DNA of 64,000 nucleotides from Octopus vulgaris (lineage: Eukaryota): positions 33,356,001 to 33,420,000 of the forward strand of contig OX597825.1 in the NCBI GenBank assembly GCA_951406725.2, in the 5' to 3' direction. A program made the position numbers and the translations under genes. Positions 12,591-23,967 of this stretch are shown piece by piece. The notes below the pieces were generated by a model. The model did not search any database and was not told the origin of the DNA. It was given only the letters and a program-made list of their open reading frames with translations. How positions within the stretch are numbered: the stretch's first letter is position 1; each line of letters opens with the position of its first letter.

Positions 12591-13774
12591 AACTGAGATG
12601 AGGAGTGTCATACAGAGGGACAGAAAAAAAATGTGCTACCTCAGGCAGAAAGAGAGTGGGGAAATAGAAGAGACAGAGAGGAGAAAGATAAGGCAAAGAT
12701 GTGACAGAGAGGGGTCAGAGGGCTGTTCAGCCAATTTACTGGGAGGTGTATGTGTAGTGTGATGGATGAAGAGGACAACAGAAGGAGAAGGAGAAAGAAA
12801 TACAAAAAGGCCTTACCTCCGTGAAGATCAGAGGTCTCTTACAAATTCGACACGTCCTGTCACTTCCTCGTCTATGCTCGAACTGCCCACTTCCTCAATG
12901 ACCACACGTGCATCCCGCTTGACCGCTTCCACTTCCCCCCGCACATGCGCCCTCCAGTCTTCCACCGGCCCCTGCAAGCCCTACTTCTGCCCACCTCATC
13001 TGTCATCCTCTCCACCTACACCACAAGCTCGTCATGTCCCATAACACCGACTGCCAACACCACAGTATGTGATGAGGTGAACTGGAGAATGGAAAGGAAG
13101 AGTGGGTGGGTGAGTTCACGAGATGGTGGAAGGAGAGTGGTAGGTGGGGGTAGTTGGGAGTATAATGAGTAGTTAAAATTATATGCCAAAACAATCAGTC
13201 CACTTGACCTACTAGAAATGACAGTGAAATCTTCCTTGAATTACACTCAGTCATTTTAATGTAAACAGATCACAAGTGATAATGTGAGCCTAGCCTCATT
13301 TGCCTTTTTTTATGACTTCATTAGAAGAGGAAGGCCAGTGTGAATGATTATTCCAAAAAAGATACACTAGTGAGATGAAATCATGATCTGACTTTAGACT
13401 GGTGGTGAGGGTAAGATGTGGTGAGGGTAAGATATGGTGGGGTGGGGTCAGTTAAACAATGACAACAATTCCAAAAAACTTTACCTTTGATCCACATAAA
13501 AATCAGCACTAGCTTTTTGGTTTTTTGGGTTTGGTTTTGTTTGAATATTAATAGGAATCACTGGCAAAAGTGGACCAGCCAATATTGAAGACACAAATTT
13601 CTTTTCTTTTATTTTTTTATTTATTTTATTTTTTATCTTGTGGACTTCCACTTATGTCATGCAAACAGAACAGGATGTCATCAGAAGTACTGAGTGTAAA
13701 ATTTCACTTCTGTTTATCACTAAAATCTCGATTAAATTCTTTTCATATTAGCTGCTTGTATGTACACTGTACTT

Positions 13775-14140
13775 ACTTACTTGTACTTGTGGCGACATTC
13801 ACCCCGGGCAGGTTGGGTCGGCTTCTTCTACCATGGAAGAAGTTTCATGGGAATATTTGCATTTCACAAGCGGTCCCCAACAATCCCGCATGTAGAGACA
13901 TCCTGTTTGCCGCAGATTGTCCGCAGATGCAGGGACAGAATGACCGAGGAGCCGCCGGTTGCCGAAACAGACACTCCGAGGATTTTCACCAGAGCCCCGT
14001 CTGCCAGGTTGTGGCCTAATACCACTCAGTGTCAGACCAATCCACCTTGGGTGGCCCTACCAGGAACCGAAGTTCCCGATGGCATAGCTCTGACACTACC
14101 TGTTGCCAGCGTCCCCAACACGGTGAGAAGGGGATGGACT
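13775..14140 (+). mobile_element. CpG-rich non-LTR-derived element with an RTE-like 3' motif
   Basis: ccctaccaggaa...cccgatggcatagctct...aacacggtgagaagggg; an older related motif at 52210-52335. Confidence 0.45.
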
Positions 14141-14147
14141 TTGGGGA

Positions 14148-16659
14148 TGCACTGTGGCTTATTTAGATTTAAGCAGCTTCCCTTAAAGTGGTTCCTTCCA
14201 TATTTCAGCAAGTAATGGATACAATGCTGGGTGACTGTGATTTTGCTATCACCTATTCAGATGATAATCTAATAAAAATCAAATCACATGAACATGTAGA
14301 ACATGTTAAAAGGGTGCTTGAGAAGATTTGAGAATATGGTTTTAAATTAATGGAAGAAAAATACGAGTTTTTTATGAAAAAATTGGATACTTAGGTCAGA
14401 CAATAGATAAAAACGGATGGAAACCAGATCCATTCAGAGCAACTGCGATAAAAAATATGCTCATGCCGAATAATGTGACTATGCTACAAGCATTCTTGGG
14501 TTTAGTTAATTATTACTAAATTTACATTCCCAATATACATAATGTAAGGACCTTGCTCAATGATTTTAAGAAAAATGTAAAATCATGTTGGACTGATAAG
14601 TGTCAGGAGGCATTTGATGAGTTAAAAAGCATTTTAACATCAGATTTAACACATTTTGATCCAAAGCTGGATACTATATCGGCTATAGATGCGAGTGATT
14701 ATGGTGTAAGAGCTGTGCCTCTGTACAAATATGATGATGGGAGTAAAAGGGCTATAGCATATGTGTCACAATCGTTATTACCAGCTGAAAGGAACTATAG
14801 TCAGATAGAAAATGAAGCACTAGCAATCATTCAGTGGATTTATTCATGGAAAAAGTTTCTATCTACAAACGGCTCATTGCCCACTACTGTCAATATATGG
14901 TTCTAAAAAAGGAATGCCAACACACACAGCAAATAAACTACAGCAATGGAGCACTGCATTATTGAATTATGACTACAAAATGGAATATTTTATTGAATTA
15001 TGACTACAAAATGGAATATTTACTATCAAAAATACTAGTGCATGTGGATGGTTTGTCCAGACTGATACCAAAGCATTGCAAATCATTTGAAAATATGGTA
15101 ATCACAGCTTTAAGGTCAGAAGGAGAAAAAAAATGTAATGTGGAATGTGGTATGCAAATTACCAGTAACCCTAGAAGACATAAAGTGAATTGTGGTAAAG
15201 GACAAATTCATAACAGAAGTGAAAAGAACACTGTGGTCAGGAAAAGTAAATAGGAACAGGATTACTGTGAAACAAAACCAAGATGTGAACCTATACTCAA
15301 TTTGTGATGGTGTACTGATGTGTGCACAGAGAGTAGTGATACATGAAACACTACAAAAGAAAATGTTGAGGGAATTTCCTATTGAACACCCTGGTATTTC
15401 GATGGTGAAAGCTTTAATGTGTAGCTATGTGTACTGGTCAAAAATGGATAGAGAAATCAAAAATTTAGTGAAAGGCTGTAGAGGATGTGCTCTAGCAGCA
15501 AAATTACTGACAATAAAAAGTGAACCTTAGCCAAAAGTAGATGTTCTGTGGTTGGTCCTTTAAATGATTCATACTACTTAGTGGCAGTTGACAATTTCTC
15601 AAAATGGCCAGAAATTTGTAAGTGTAAAAAACCAACCTCCTCAACTGTGACAAACTTTTTACATGAGCTGCTTGCAAGATTTTGTATCCCAAACATGACA
15701 GTGTCTGGCAATGGAACAATTTGTGTCATTTGAATTGAAAAAGTTATGTGAAACATTTGCAGTAAATCATGCAACTATGGCACCATACCATCCCAGATCT
15801 AAAGGACAGGCAGAATACTTTGTCAATACGCCCAAGAGAGCCCTAAGAAAGTTGAATAAGGAAGTCAAGGACGAGGTAGCTCTATGATAATTCTTAAGAG
15901 TATACCATGTGTTACAAAATCTAAATACACCAGCAGGTATATCATAAGCAGTGTGGATGTTTGTGAGGAAAGTAATGTCAGTCTTTAACAAATTACTACC
16001 TGGCAAGAAAAGAAAAATTGCAATGGAAAATACAGCAAGATTTTTCAAAATTGGGGAGAAGGTATTTGTGAGAGCATATAAGAACAGAAAACAGAGTCGG
16101 GAAGATGATGTGCTTACCAAATGCATAGGAAAAATGCTATACTTGCTAAAGAGTAGAAAAGGCATATACAAGAGACACATGAACCAACTGTAAAGAAGAT
16201 TCATTGAAAGCAAACCCCAAAGAATAGCAGAACCAATGGAATGGTTATATGATACTCTTCAAGTACCAGTGCCACTACAGGTGATTGCACAAGCATAAGA
16301 AAAAGAAAATGTATGAAGTGGATGCCAAATGGAAAAAATATCAAATGTGTAACTAAGAAAAAAAAAGGGGGGTGGGTGATATAAAAAGTATTGCTATTAA
16401 AAGAAATAAAACAACACTCCCTAAGAAAATATAAAAAACCTTAAAAGGGGAGGTGTTGTAGTAATAATAGCAATAATGGTTCACCTCTCCCACCTGATGA
16501 ATGGAATATGCTGGTCACTATAAATAAGGTGACATCAATCAATATAAGGAGGGAGTATGTAGTTGATGGTTATAGATTGTCATGATCTTACTTGCATTAC
16601 TAACCATACTGCTATACCAGAGTGGGCATTTTAACAATCCGATATTAAGGATTACAACA
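14148..16659 (+). mobile_element. pol: 5'-truncated Gypsy/Ty3 (Mag/K02A2.6-like) LTR retrotransposon with pseudogenised pol
   Basis: RT FQQVMDTML..YSDD; RNase H DASDYGV..ERNYSQIENEALAII; integrase HPGI..YVYW..CRGC, VDNFSKWPE, PYHPRSKGQAE; many stops and frameshifts; PPT aaaaggggagg 16443-16453. Confidence 0.95.
16454..16659 (+). repeat. 3' LTR (206 bp) of the Gypsy element
   Basis: Starts TGTTGTA right after the PPT, ends TACAACA; TATA-like tataaata inside. Confidence 0.85.
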
Positions 16660-17290
16660 TGGATATCTGAAGGTGCAGGGTTGGACAAATATGGAGGACA
16701 AGGCAAAACTTTACAGTTAAGTTCCAGTATCTTCTGTCATGTCAGTAAAGAATTATGTGGTCTGGCATTGTCATGATGAAAGACACCAACCTTCCAACTG
16801 GAAAGTTCTGGATACTCATGGTAAATTACAGTGTTTAATTTGTCCAGCTGTTCTTGTCTGTGGGGAGAAGCTCCTAAAAGACAACACCCTTCCAATCCCA
16901 TCAAATTAAAAGCATAACCTTCTTTGGGTGAAGTCCTGCACTGGAGGTTGTTTGTGGTGGTCCACCACCTTTCTCCCATGATTGTTTGCACTTCACATTG
17001 TTATAGTAGGTTTTTCATCCCCTGCCTCTGTCAACATTCTCTTCAAAAACAAAGATTGTTTTCTTTGTTTCTACAACAAAGTGGAGATAGAAATCTATTG
17101 GGCAAGGTTAGCCTCATAAAACTGATATGGAACCCAAACATCAAGCCTGCTGATGTAACCAAGTCAATGCAAATAGTTTTCAAAACTCAATTTGAATGTT
17201 TGGAGAATATCTATGATCATCCCTATCATATAGTGGAGGTTGGTGTCAATTAACCTTTTCATTTTGCCACTGTCAATTTCAGTTCACCAG
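16660..17290 (-). mobile_element. mariner transposase relic, cut at its C-terminus by the LTR
   Basis: WVPYQ (WVPHEL-like), GDEK, FHHDNARPH, PPYLSNPAPSDIH motifs. Confidence 0.88.
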
Positions 17291-17559
17291 CCATTTCTTG
17301 GCATACACATTTCATAACAGTAACTCTTTTGTACACAGCACATACCTCCTTGCAGATTTCCATATTTTTATTGCCTTTTATTACGCAATCGGTTTTACTC
17401 ATGATCAAGTATGACCACTTTTTAAACTCATTTCATTCTAACTAACACTTTACATTTGGTTTCCTTATTGCTGATGGTGTCTCATGTGACTCTTAAAGCC
17501 TGCAAAGTCATTCTATGTTGATTACAAGTAACTTTTCCAGCAGCAGCTGCCTGACTATA

Positions 17560-17935
17560 CAGAATATGAGATTTACAATGCTGAGTGATTCCACTGGTTG
17601 ATTTACCCTCTTGCTACACAAGGTCCAGCAGGGGTTGCAGGCAGCAAAGGATATATGATAGCAAGACAAAGCATGCTAAATACAAACATCAGTTGACAAA
17701 CATGATCCAAACTCTCTGTATCACCAGCTGTGTGAAGTCTACAGTCATCCTTCCTCTGTCTCTATACATCTGCAAGCAAAGACTGGCAATGTGCTGCTGC
17801 ACAAGTTAAACAAAATCAAGGTCAGGTGGTACAATATTTTAGCAAAGTCTTGAGCCATGAGGTTGTAGTAAGTCATGCTGTTATTGAAGGGCATGCACAG
17901 TCACCTGTCATCTACCAGCTTGATGATCCACCAAC
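17560..17935 (+). mobile_element. RTE/BovB-like LINE fragment (EN-RT linker)
   Basis: Decayed DKHDPNSLY..EVYS..GNVLLHKLNKIKVRW, similar to RTE ADxHD..FY..VYGP..GxxLL..IxxRW. Confidence 0.6.
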
Positions 17936-17993
17936 TAGTGATGAAATAAGAGTAGCTGTATAGATATATATGCATACATGCGTATATATATAT

Positions 17994-18539
17994 ATATTAT
18001 ATAAAATCCGTTCTGTCTGTCTGTGTGTGTGTCTTCTAGGATCTTGGGCATCCTCCATCTGATTGCCCTCAAATTTGATATGTAGATACCGACGCTATCA
18101 GGGCATGTATAAGTCTTGAAAAAATTACAAAAATCGATTCCAGGTGAGAATGCGATCGATAAAGCCGTGGGAACGTGCATTTGTATGCACAAGTACATCA
18201 GCTGTTGTGATTGGTACTATGCGTATGCGAGAAAAATGCATGTGCAGTTTGTCCAATAAAAGCCGGCTGGCTTGAAATAATACCATAAAATGCAGTATAT
18301 TTAAGAGACCAAAAAAGTAAGATGCAAAAGAGATATTTTCTTCAAACTTGATATGAAGGAAGGAAAGACTATTTGGTATCTCAAGAAGTTTTTTTTGCCT
18401 TAACTTTGTTTAACAAAACCAAAAATGTTATTGAAATAAAGGCATGCTTAATTATCTTTTAATGAAAAGTAAACACTGATTGCTTTTTATTCAGCAGATA
18501 TGATTCAGCACTGTCCATTGGATGGAGGGCATTTTGCTC

Positions 18540-18541
<2 letters not shown>
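17994..18541 (+). mobile_element. Non-autonomous Helitron-like element
   Basis: 5' atattatataaaatccgttctgtctgtctgt, internal ctcaaatttgatatgtag, 3' hairpin followed by gggcattttgctcgt (CTAG-like end); in TA context. Confidence 0.65.
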
Positions 18542-18593
<52 letters not shown>

Positions 18594-18819
18594 ATTAAGG
18601 TAAAAAAGTTAATGTCTGGTCGTAGAGTGACTATAGCATACATGACATAAATGTGTAGGTTAGATGCTCATTTCACAACCACAAAGTTCTGAACATGCTT
18701 TCAGTGCAGTATTGTAAATGTTGCTATGATTATTGTTGTTTAAACCTAGGCCAGCCCAGTAATAATCCAGTGATTATACTATTTTCTTAGGATTTTTTTC
18801 CTCACTTAAAGTGTTATTT

Positions 18820-19262
18820 GGACTACATTATCCAATATGCTATTTCATTTTCATTTTTACAATAGCAGTGTGTGATTTGAGGAAAATTTGGTTGTAATTT
18901 CTAGCAGATAAGGAGACCGCACAAACTCACGTTTAATGTCGTGTTTTTGTGTTCAGAGCAGGTACCTGAACATTCTCTGATTAATGGAACTGTAAAACTC
19001 TGAAAAGAAGCCATAATTTTTCCTGACTCAGAGAGTTGGCAACAGGAATCACTTCAAGCAGTGAAGCCTTCAACAATTAAATAAATATATGAATAAAATA
19101 GATAATGCAAGTAAGAAATTGTGATCTGAGCAATATTGTGGCAAAGGAAATAAAAAAAAAAATGGTTAAAGTCTGGAATAATAATTTTTTTCTTTAACTC
19201 TTTCAGTTCAGGCAAATATCTAAAACATAAATACATATGCAGCTGAAGAAAATTGATCATGT
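18820..19262. repeat. Left arm of old inverted duplication (partner 23315-23766)
   Basis: e.g. cacttcaagcagtgaagccttcaacaatt vs aattgttgaaggcttcaatgcttgaagtg; tgtgatctgagcaatattgtg vs cacaatattgctcagatcaca. Confidence 0.9.
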
Positions 19263-19499
19263 GTTTCTATTTTTTTGTTTTTTTACCTGGCTTTCTTACT
19301 CTTTTTTGTCTCCTGTCTTTCTTCTTTCTCTTCTCTGTCTCTCCTGCAGGACTTTCTTCTATCTGTCTTTCTTCTTTCTCTTCCATCTCTCCTGGACTTT
19401 CTTCTCATATCCAATGAAGGACTACATCCGATGTTATACTTTTACATTGTAATTTTTTACTCTACAACTTTTATTTTTTCTCTGAGTGACAATTTAATA

Positions 19500-19715
19500 A
19501 TATTGGTTTCAAATTTTGGCACTAGGCCAGTAATTTCAGGGGAGGGGTTAAGTTGATTTCATCAACTCAAGTGCTCAACTGATACATATTTTATCAACCC
19601 CAGAAGGATGAAAGGCAAAGTAGACCATGGCAGAATTTGAACTCAGAACATAAAACGGACAAAATGTCACTAAATATTTTACCCAGCATGCTAACAATTC
19701 TACTCGCTTGTCAAC
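19500..19715 (-). mobile_element. SINE family B
   Basis: aaggatgaaaggcaaagt..gaatttgaactcagaac core. Confidence 0.85.
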
Positions 19716-19789
19716 CTGATAATATTAACAGTGAACACCCTTGGACATTTCTTGATTTTTATTTATATTTGCTTTGATTTGTATGTATG

Positions 19790-19858
<69 letters not shown>

Positions 19859-20029
19859 TCATCATCATCATCATCGTTTAACGTCCGCTTTCCATGCTAG
19901 CATGGGTTGGACGGTTCAACTGGGGTCTGGGAAGCCCGAAGGCTGCACCAGGCCAGTCAGATGTGATAACACATACAGAGAGAGAGTGGGCCCAAAATCA
20001 TGCACCAAAGCAGTTGACATTTTACTTAC

Positions 20030-20183
20030 ATTATTATTATTATTGAGTGAGAGAGCAGTGCATACCATCAAAGTGACACTGAGTAACAAATATATGAAGC
20101 CCAGTATACCCATCATGATTACCCGTCCAATAAAGGTACACCAGGCACATGCATCACAACCATATGTGCATGACATGGTGTTG

Positions 20184-20224
<41 letters not shown>

Positions 20225-21480
20225 GATGTCGCACAGTATACAATATCGTGAGGTTGTTGATTGAAGATATTGTATCTACTGGGGGTTTGTACTGTTTGTC
20301 AAGTCACAACAAGGACCTCAGACAGACAGTATGTTAAGCAATATGCATGCAGTTCCAAGAAATGAATAGTTCTGCCTGTTGTGGACAGACAACTGCTTGT
20401 TTCAGTTCTTGCAACCATTCAGCATCCTTCTTGAGTTCTTTGTCTTTGCTCCAGATTTCACTCCAAAACCTTTGACTTTATCTGGTATCAACTTTTCATC
20501 TGTACACTCTCCATTTATTTCTTTATAGAATCTCTTCTGATCTACTCTCAATAACCTGTTCTGGTGGTAACCCTTCATTCTTTGGCTGTATCTTACCATC
20601 TTTGCAATGAGGTGCTGTTTCAATTCCTTCATTACCACTTTCAGGCCCTTTCTTTCAATATATACTTCCTTTTCAGTGCCCTATATTTTTGTTCGCTTTT
20701 AAGCTTCCCTTTGTATTTTCAGTTTAACTTTTCCTTCAAGAGCATATCTAGCCCTGCTTGGATTCTTCTTTTCCACCATGGATCTTTTCTTTTGACACTC
20801 CCAATATATTTCTTTTTATTGACATCAACACCCACTTTTTCTGCTATAACAATACTTGCTGCCTTAATCAAATTATTTATTTCTGTGATGTTGTTTGTTC
20901 TGATGTATTTCAGAATTTCATTGACATTTTTCGTTTCTTGGTTCAATTGCCACTGATTAATCTTTTTAAGGTTGCAAATAATGTCGCTATCGTCCTTCTG
21001 TAGTCTTGTCTTTATTCTGTCGTAGATTGCCTTCTGTTCATCTGCCATGTCACCATTAGTTTTATCGTCTTCTTTTAGATCATCTATATGTCTATCATCA
21101 AGTAAACTACCACTGCTCCTTTCCTGTGCTATTTTCATAATTATCTCTGCTGCTATTTTGCAAAACCAATCTTCAAGCTCTACTTCTGTGAACCAACGAT
21201 TTTTTTATTGCTCCAGCTTGATCACATAGTTTCTGTTCCCTTTTCCTTCCAATGATTATACATACATTGTCGGTAACCCCTAATTTGAGCACCATTTTCA
21301 TCTACTAAGTTGCTCAGGTAGTAACACTCCATGACCACAATATTAATTTGTTTGCTCCATCTATGCTGTGTGTAGTGGTCCCTTTCTAGATATCGACAGG
21401 CTGAAGCCAGACCAGAATCTCTGAGTCCACTGGGTGCAACACTGTCACCTCATTGGCTTCAGTTTCATTACCACCATTAT
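20030..21480 (-). mobile_element. Dong/R4-clade LINE relics (N-terminal ORF region joined to 3' end) next to (TAA)n
   Basis: VVMECYY..RGYRQ..W, NITEINNLI.AAS, DPWWKRRI, QNRLLRVDQKRFY; terminal LGTACILLNILSV*. Confidence 0.85.
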
Positions 21481-21617
21481 TCACAATATTTTGTGTTTTC
21501 ATTGTCACTCATATGAGGTAACGATTATCAGGTTGCACAATTACAAGTGTTTTTATTGTGACACCATCACTAGATGTTTCATTAATCAGGACATGGGGAG
21601 GTTCCACCTGTTTCCTT

Positions 21618-21618
<1 letters not shown>

Positions 21619-21669
<51 letters not shown>

Positions 21670-21686
21670 TACTACTATTATTATTA

Positions 21687-21741
<55 letters not shown>

Positions 21742-21742
21742 C
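21619..21742. repeat. (TAT)n microsatellite
   Basis: Direct reading. Confidence 0.98.
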
Positions 21743-22147
21743 ATCATTGATATCACTGATATTATTGTTTTTATTTTTTTACTATTTGTCATTGTTATAT
21801 TAACAGACTCAGAGGTTACAGAGGCCTATGCAGGGTAGGGGTGGCACCAATTTCCAGCACTGTTCACATGGACAGCCGCATAGAAAATTACACTATGTGA
21901 TCTGGCCTTCCTCAGCAATGTTCTGTCATGCTGAACGACTTTCCAGAGAGTCCATTGCTCACTTGTAATCTTCGAGGAACAGGTTCTTTTTCAGTCTTCT
22001 ATCACCATCATCAATTACTGCCTTTATTGTAGTAGTTGTTGTATCTATGTGTAGTAATTTGGCACACTAAAATTACCGGAAAATAATACTGCAGAAAATA
22101 ATTTACTGCAGTGGCTTTTGCCAGTTAGAGAGCATATTAATATTAAT

Positions 22148-22660
22148 TTAAATTTTAAATGAGGGTGAGAAATTGGATATTAATTTAATTAAATAACATC
22201 TAGCGTGCCAAAACAAGGACTTTTGAAAAGTAACCACAAGTGTAATTGGTAGAAGTAGATACAAGTCTGACCTCGTGCAGACGTTCTAGTATATAGTTCT
22301 GCAAATTATATTTGTATGGATGGTCACACTGGATCTACGGACAAATTGCGTAAGTAAAATTACGTAATCCGTTAATAGTGAAACATGTATGTGAATAATC
22401 TATATTTTGTTACTTTTCATTTGTGTTGCTCGCTTACATTCTGGTGTTTGCTAAATTTTTCTTGAGAACACTTCTTAGTGTTAAGACCATAGCAGATCTA
22501 CTTCTAGCATAAGGGTTGTCCACATAGTGGTCATCCCTCTCATTTGTATATAATACAATTTACTGAACCTTCAGATTTTTAATATGCTAGACCACTGGTG
22601 TTAAATTGATATTAATCTAATTAAATTAATATCCAATTTCTCACCCTCATTTTAAATTTT
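22148..22660 (+). mobile_element. Small element with ~45-bp inverted termini and an internal hammerhead-like motif (PLE-type)
   Basis: aaatgagggtgagaaattggatattaatttaatta ... taattaaattaatatccaatttctcaccctcattt; caca-CTG(--)GA...GAAACATGTA-tgtg at 22325-22393; related fragment at 1150-1280. Confidence 0.65.
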
Positions 22661-22749
22661 TATATATATATATATATATATATATTTATGCATACAAGCA
22701 AGTGGACAAAGAAAAAGGTGCTCAAACACATTTGGAAGGAGTTATATAC

Positions 22750-23222
22750 ATTATTACTTAAAACAGTTTGGTTTGGTTCCATGTGACCTAAAGTTTCACA
22801 GGCTTCTACCAAGAACCCATCTCATTCAGGCTTACATTACCAAATGAAGAAACACAAGAAGTTCAAGATGGCTACCAGAAAATGTGCTGTTATTACTCAA
22901 GGTGGATTACATGGTGTGGTTTAAGGCGAGATCATTAATCAAGTGACACCAGATGTGTTAGAAAGGAAAATTTCTTGGGCTGCATAGGTAGAGAGGAAGC
23001 TGGTGGCATCTTAGTGTCTGGGAGCTGATAGAGGCAAGGCTGGTGAGTGCATGTGACCAATAACAGCCCATTTTCCAGTAGTCATCTTGGACTTCCTGTC
23101 GCCATCTAGGACTTCTTGGGTTTCTTCATTTGGTAGTCTCAACTTGAACGAGATCAGTTTCTGTTAGAAGTCTGCAAAACTTTAAGTCACATGGAGCTGA
23201 ATCAAACTGTTTTAGATAATAA
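22750..23222. mobile_element. Fold-back element with ~145-bp inverted arms
   Basis: taaaacagtttggtttggttccatgtgacctaaagttt..accaaatgaagaaac vs gtttcttcatttggt..aaactttaagtcacatggagctgaatcaaactgtttta. Confidence 0.8.
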
Positions 23223-23314
23223 TAATTTTTTTTAGCAATAATGACAATAAGGATGATGATGATAATAATACAATGTATATATATATATAAATATATATAT
23301 ATACAAAGCTATTA

Positions 23315-23766
23315 CCATAATCAATTTCTTCAGTTGCATATATATTTATGTTTTAGATACTGAATAGAAAGAGTTAAAGAAAAAATATTTATTCCAGTCT
23401 TTAACCATTGTTATCTTTTTTCCTTTTTCACAATATTGCTCAGATCACATTTCTTACTTGAATTATCTATTTTATTCATATATTTATTCAATTGTTGAAG
23501 GCTTCAATGCTTGAAGTGATTTTTGTTGCCAAGTTTCTGAGACAGAATAAAAAATATAAAAAAAAGGTTTCTTTCACAGTTTTATATTAATCAGAAACTG
23601 TACTGATACATACTTGAAATATACAAGACTGTAAGAAACCAGACCAAAGCATTAAAAAATCATTGTTTTTATGTGGTCATGTAATCTGCTGAAAGTTACA
23701 ACCAAATATTTCTCAAATCACACGCTTCTATTGTACAAGAAAATAAGACATATTGATAATTTAGTC
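23315..23766. repeat. Right arm of old inverted duplication (partner 18820-19262)
   Basis: Reverse-complement similarity as above. Confidence 0.9.
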
Positions 23767-23856
23767 TTAGTTACTCCATATGTGAAACAAAAGAAAATGA
23801 GTGAAATATCTTTCTTTCATCACGTATCTACTGGATCTGGGCTGCACTGAAATTGC

Positions 23857-23902
<46 letters not shown>

Positions 23903-23910
23903 TAATAATG

Positions 23911-23959
<49 letters not shown>

Positions 23960-23967
23960 TAGTAATT

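Noticed and set aside
23501-23590. Cys-loop receptor M3-like motif ASMLEVIFV
   Set aside because: Too short, ends in a stop, and no other receptor segments are visible in the window.
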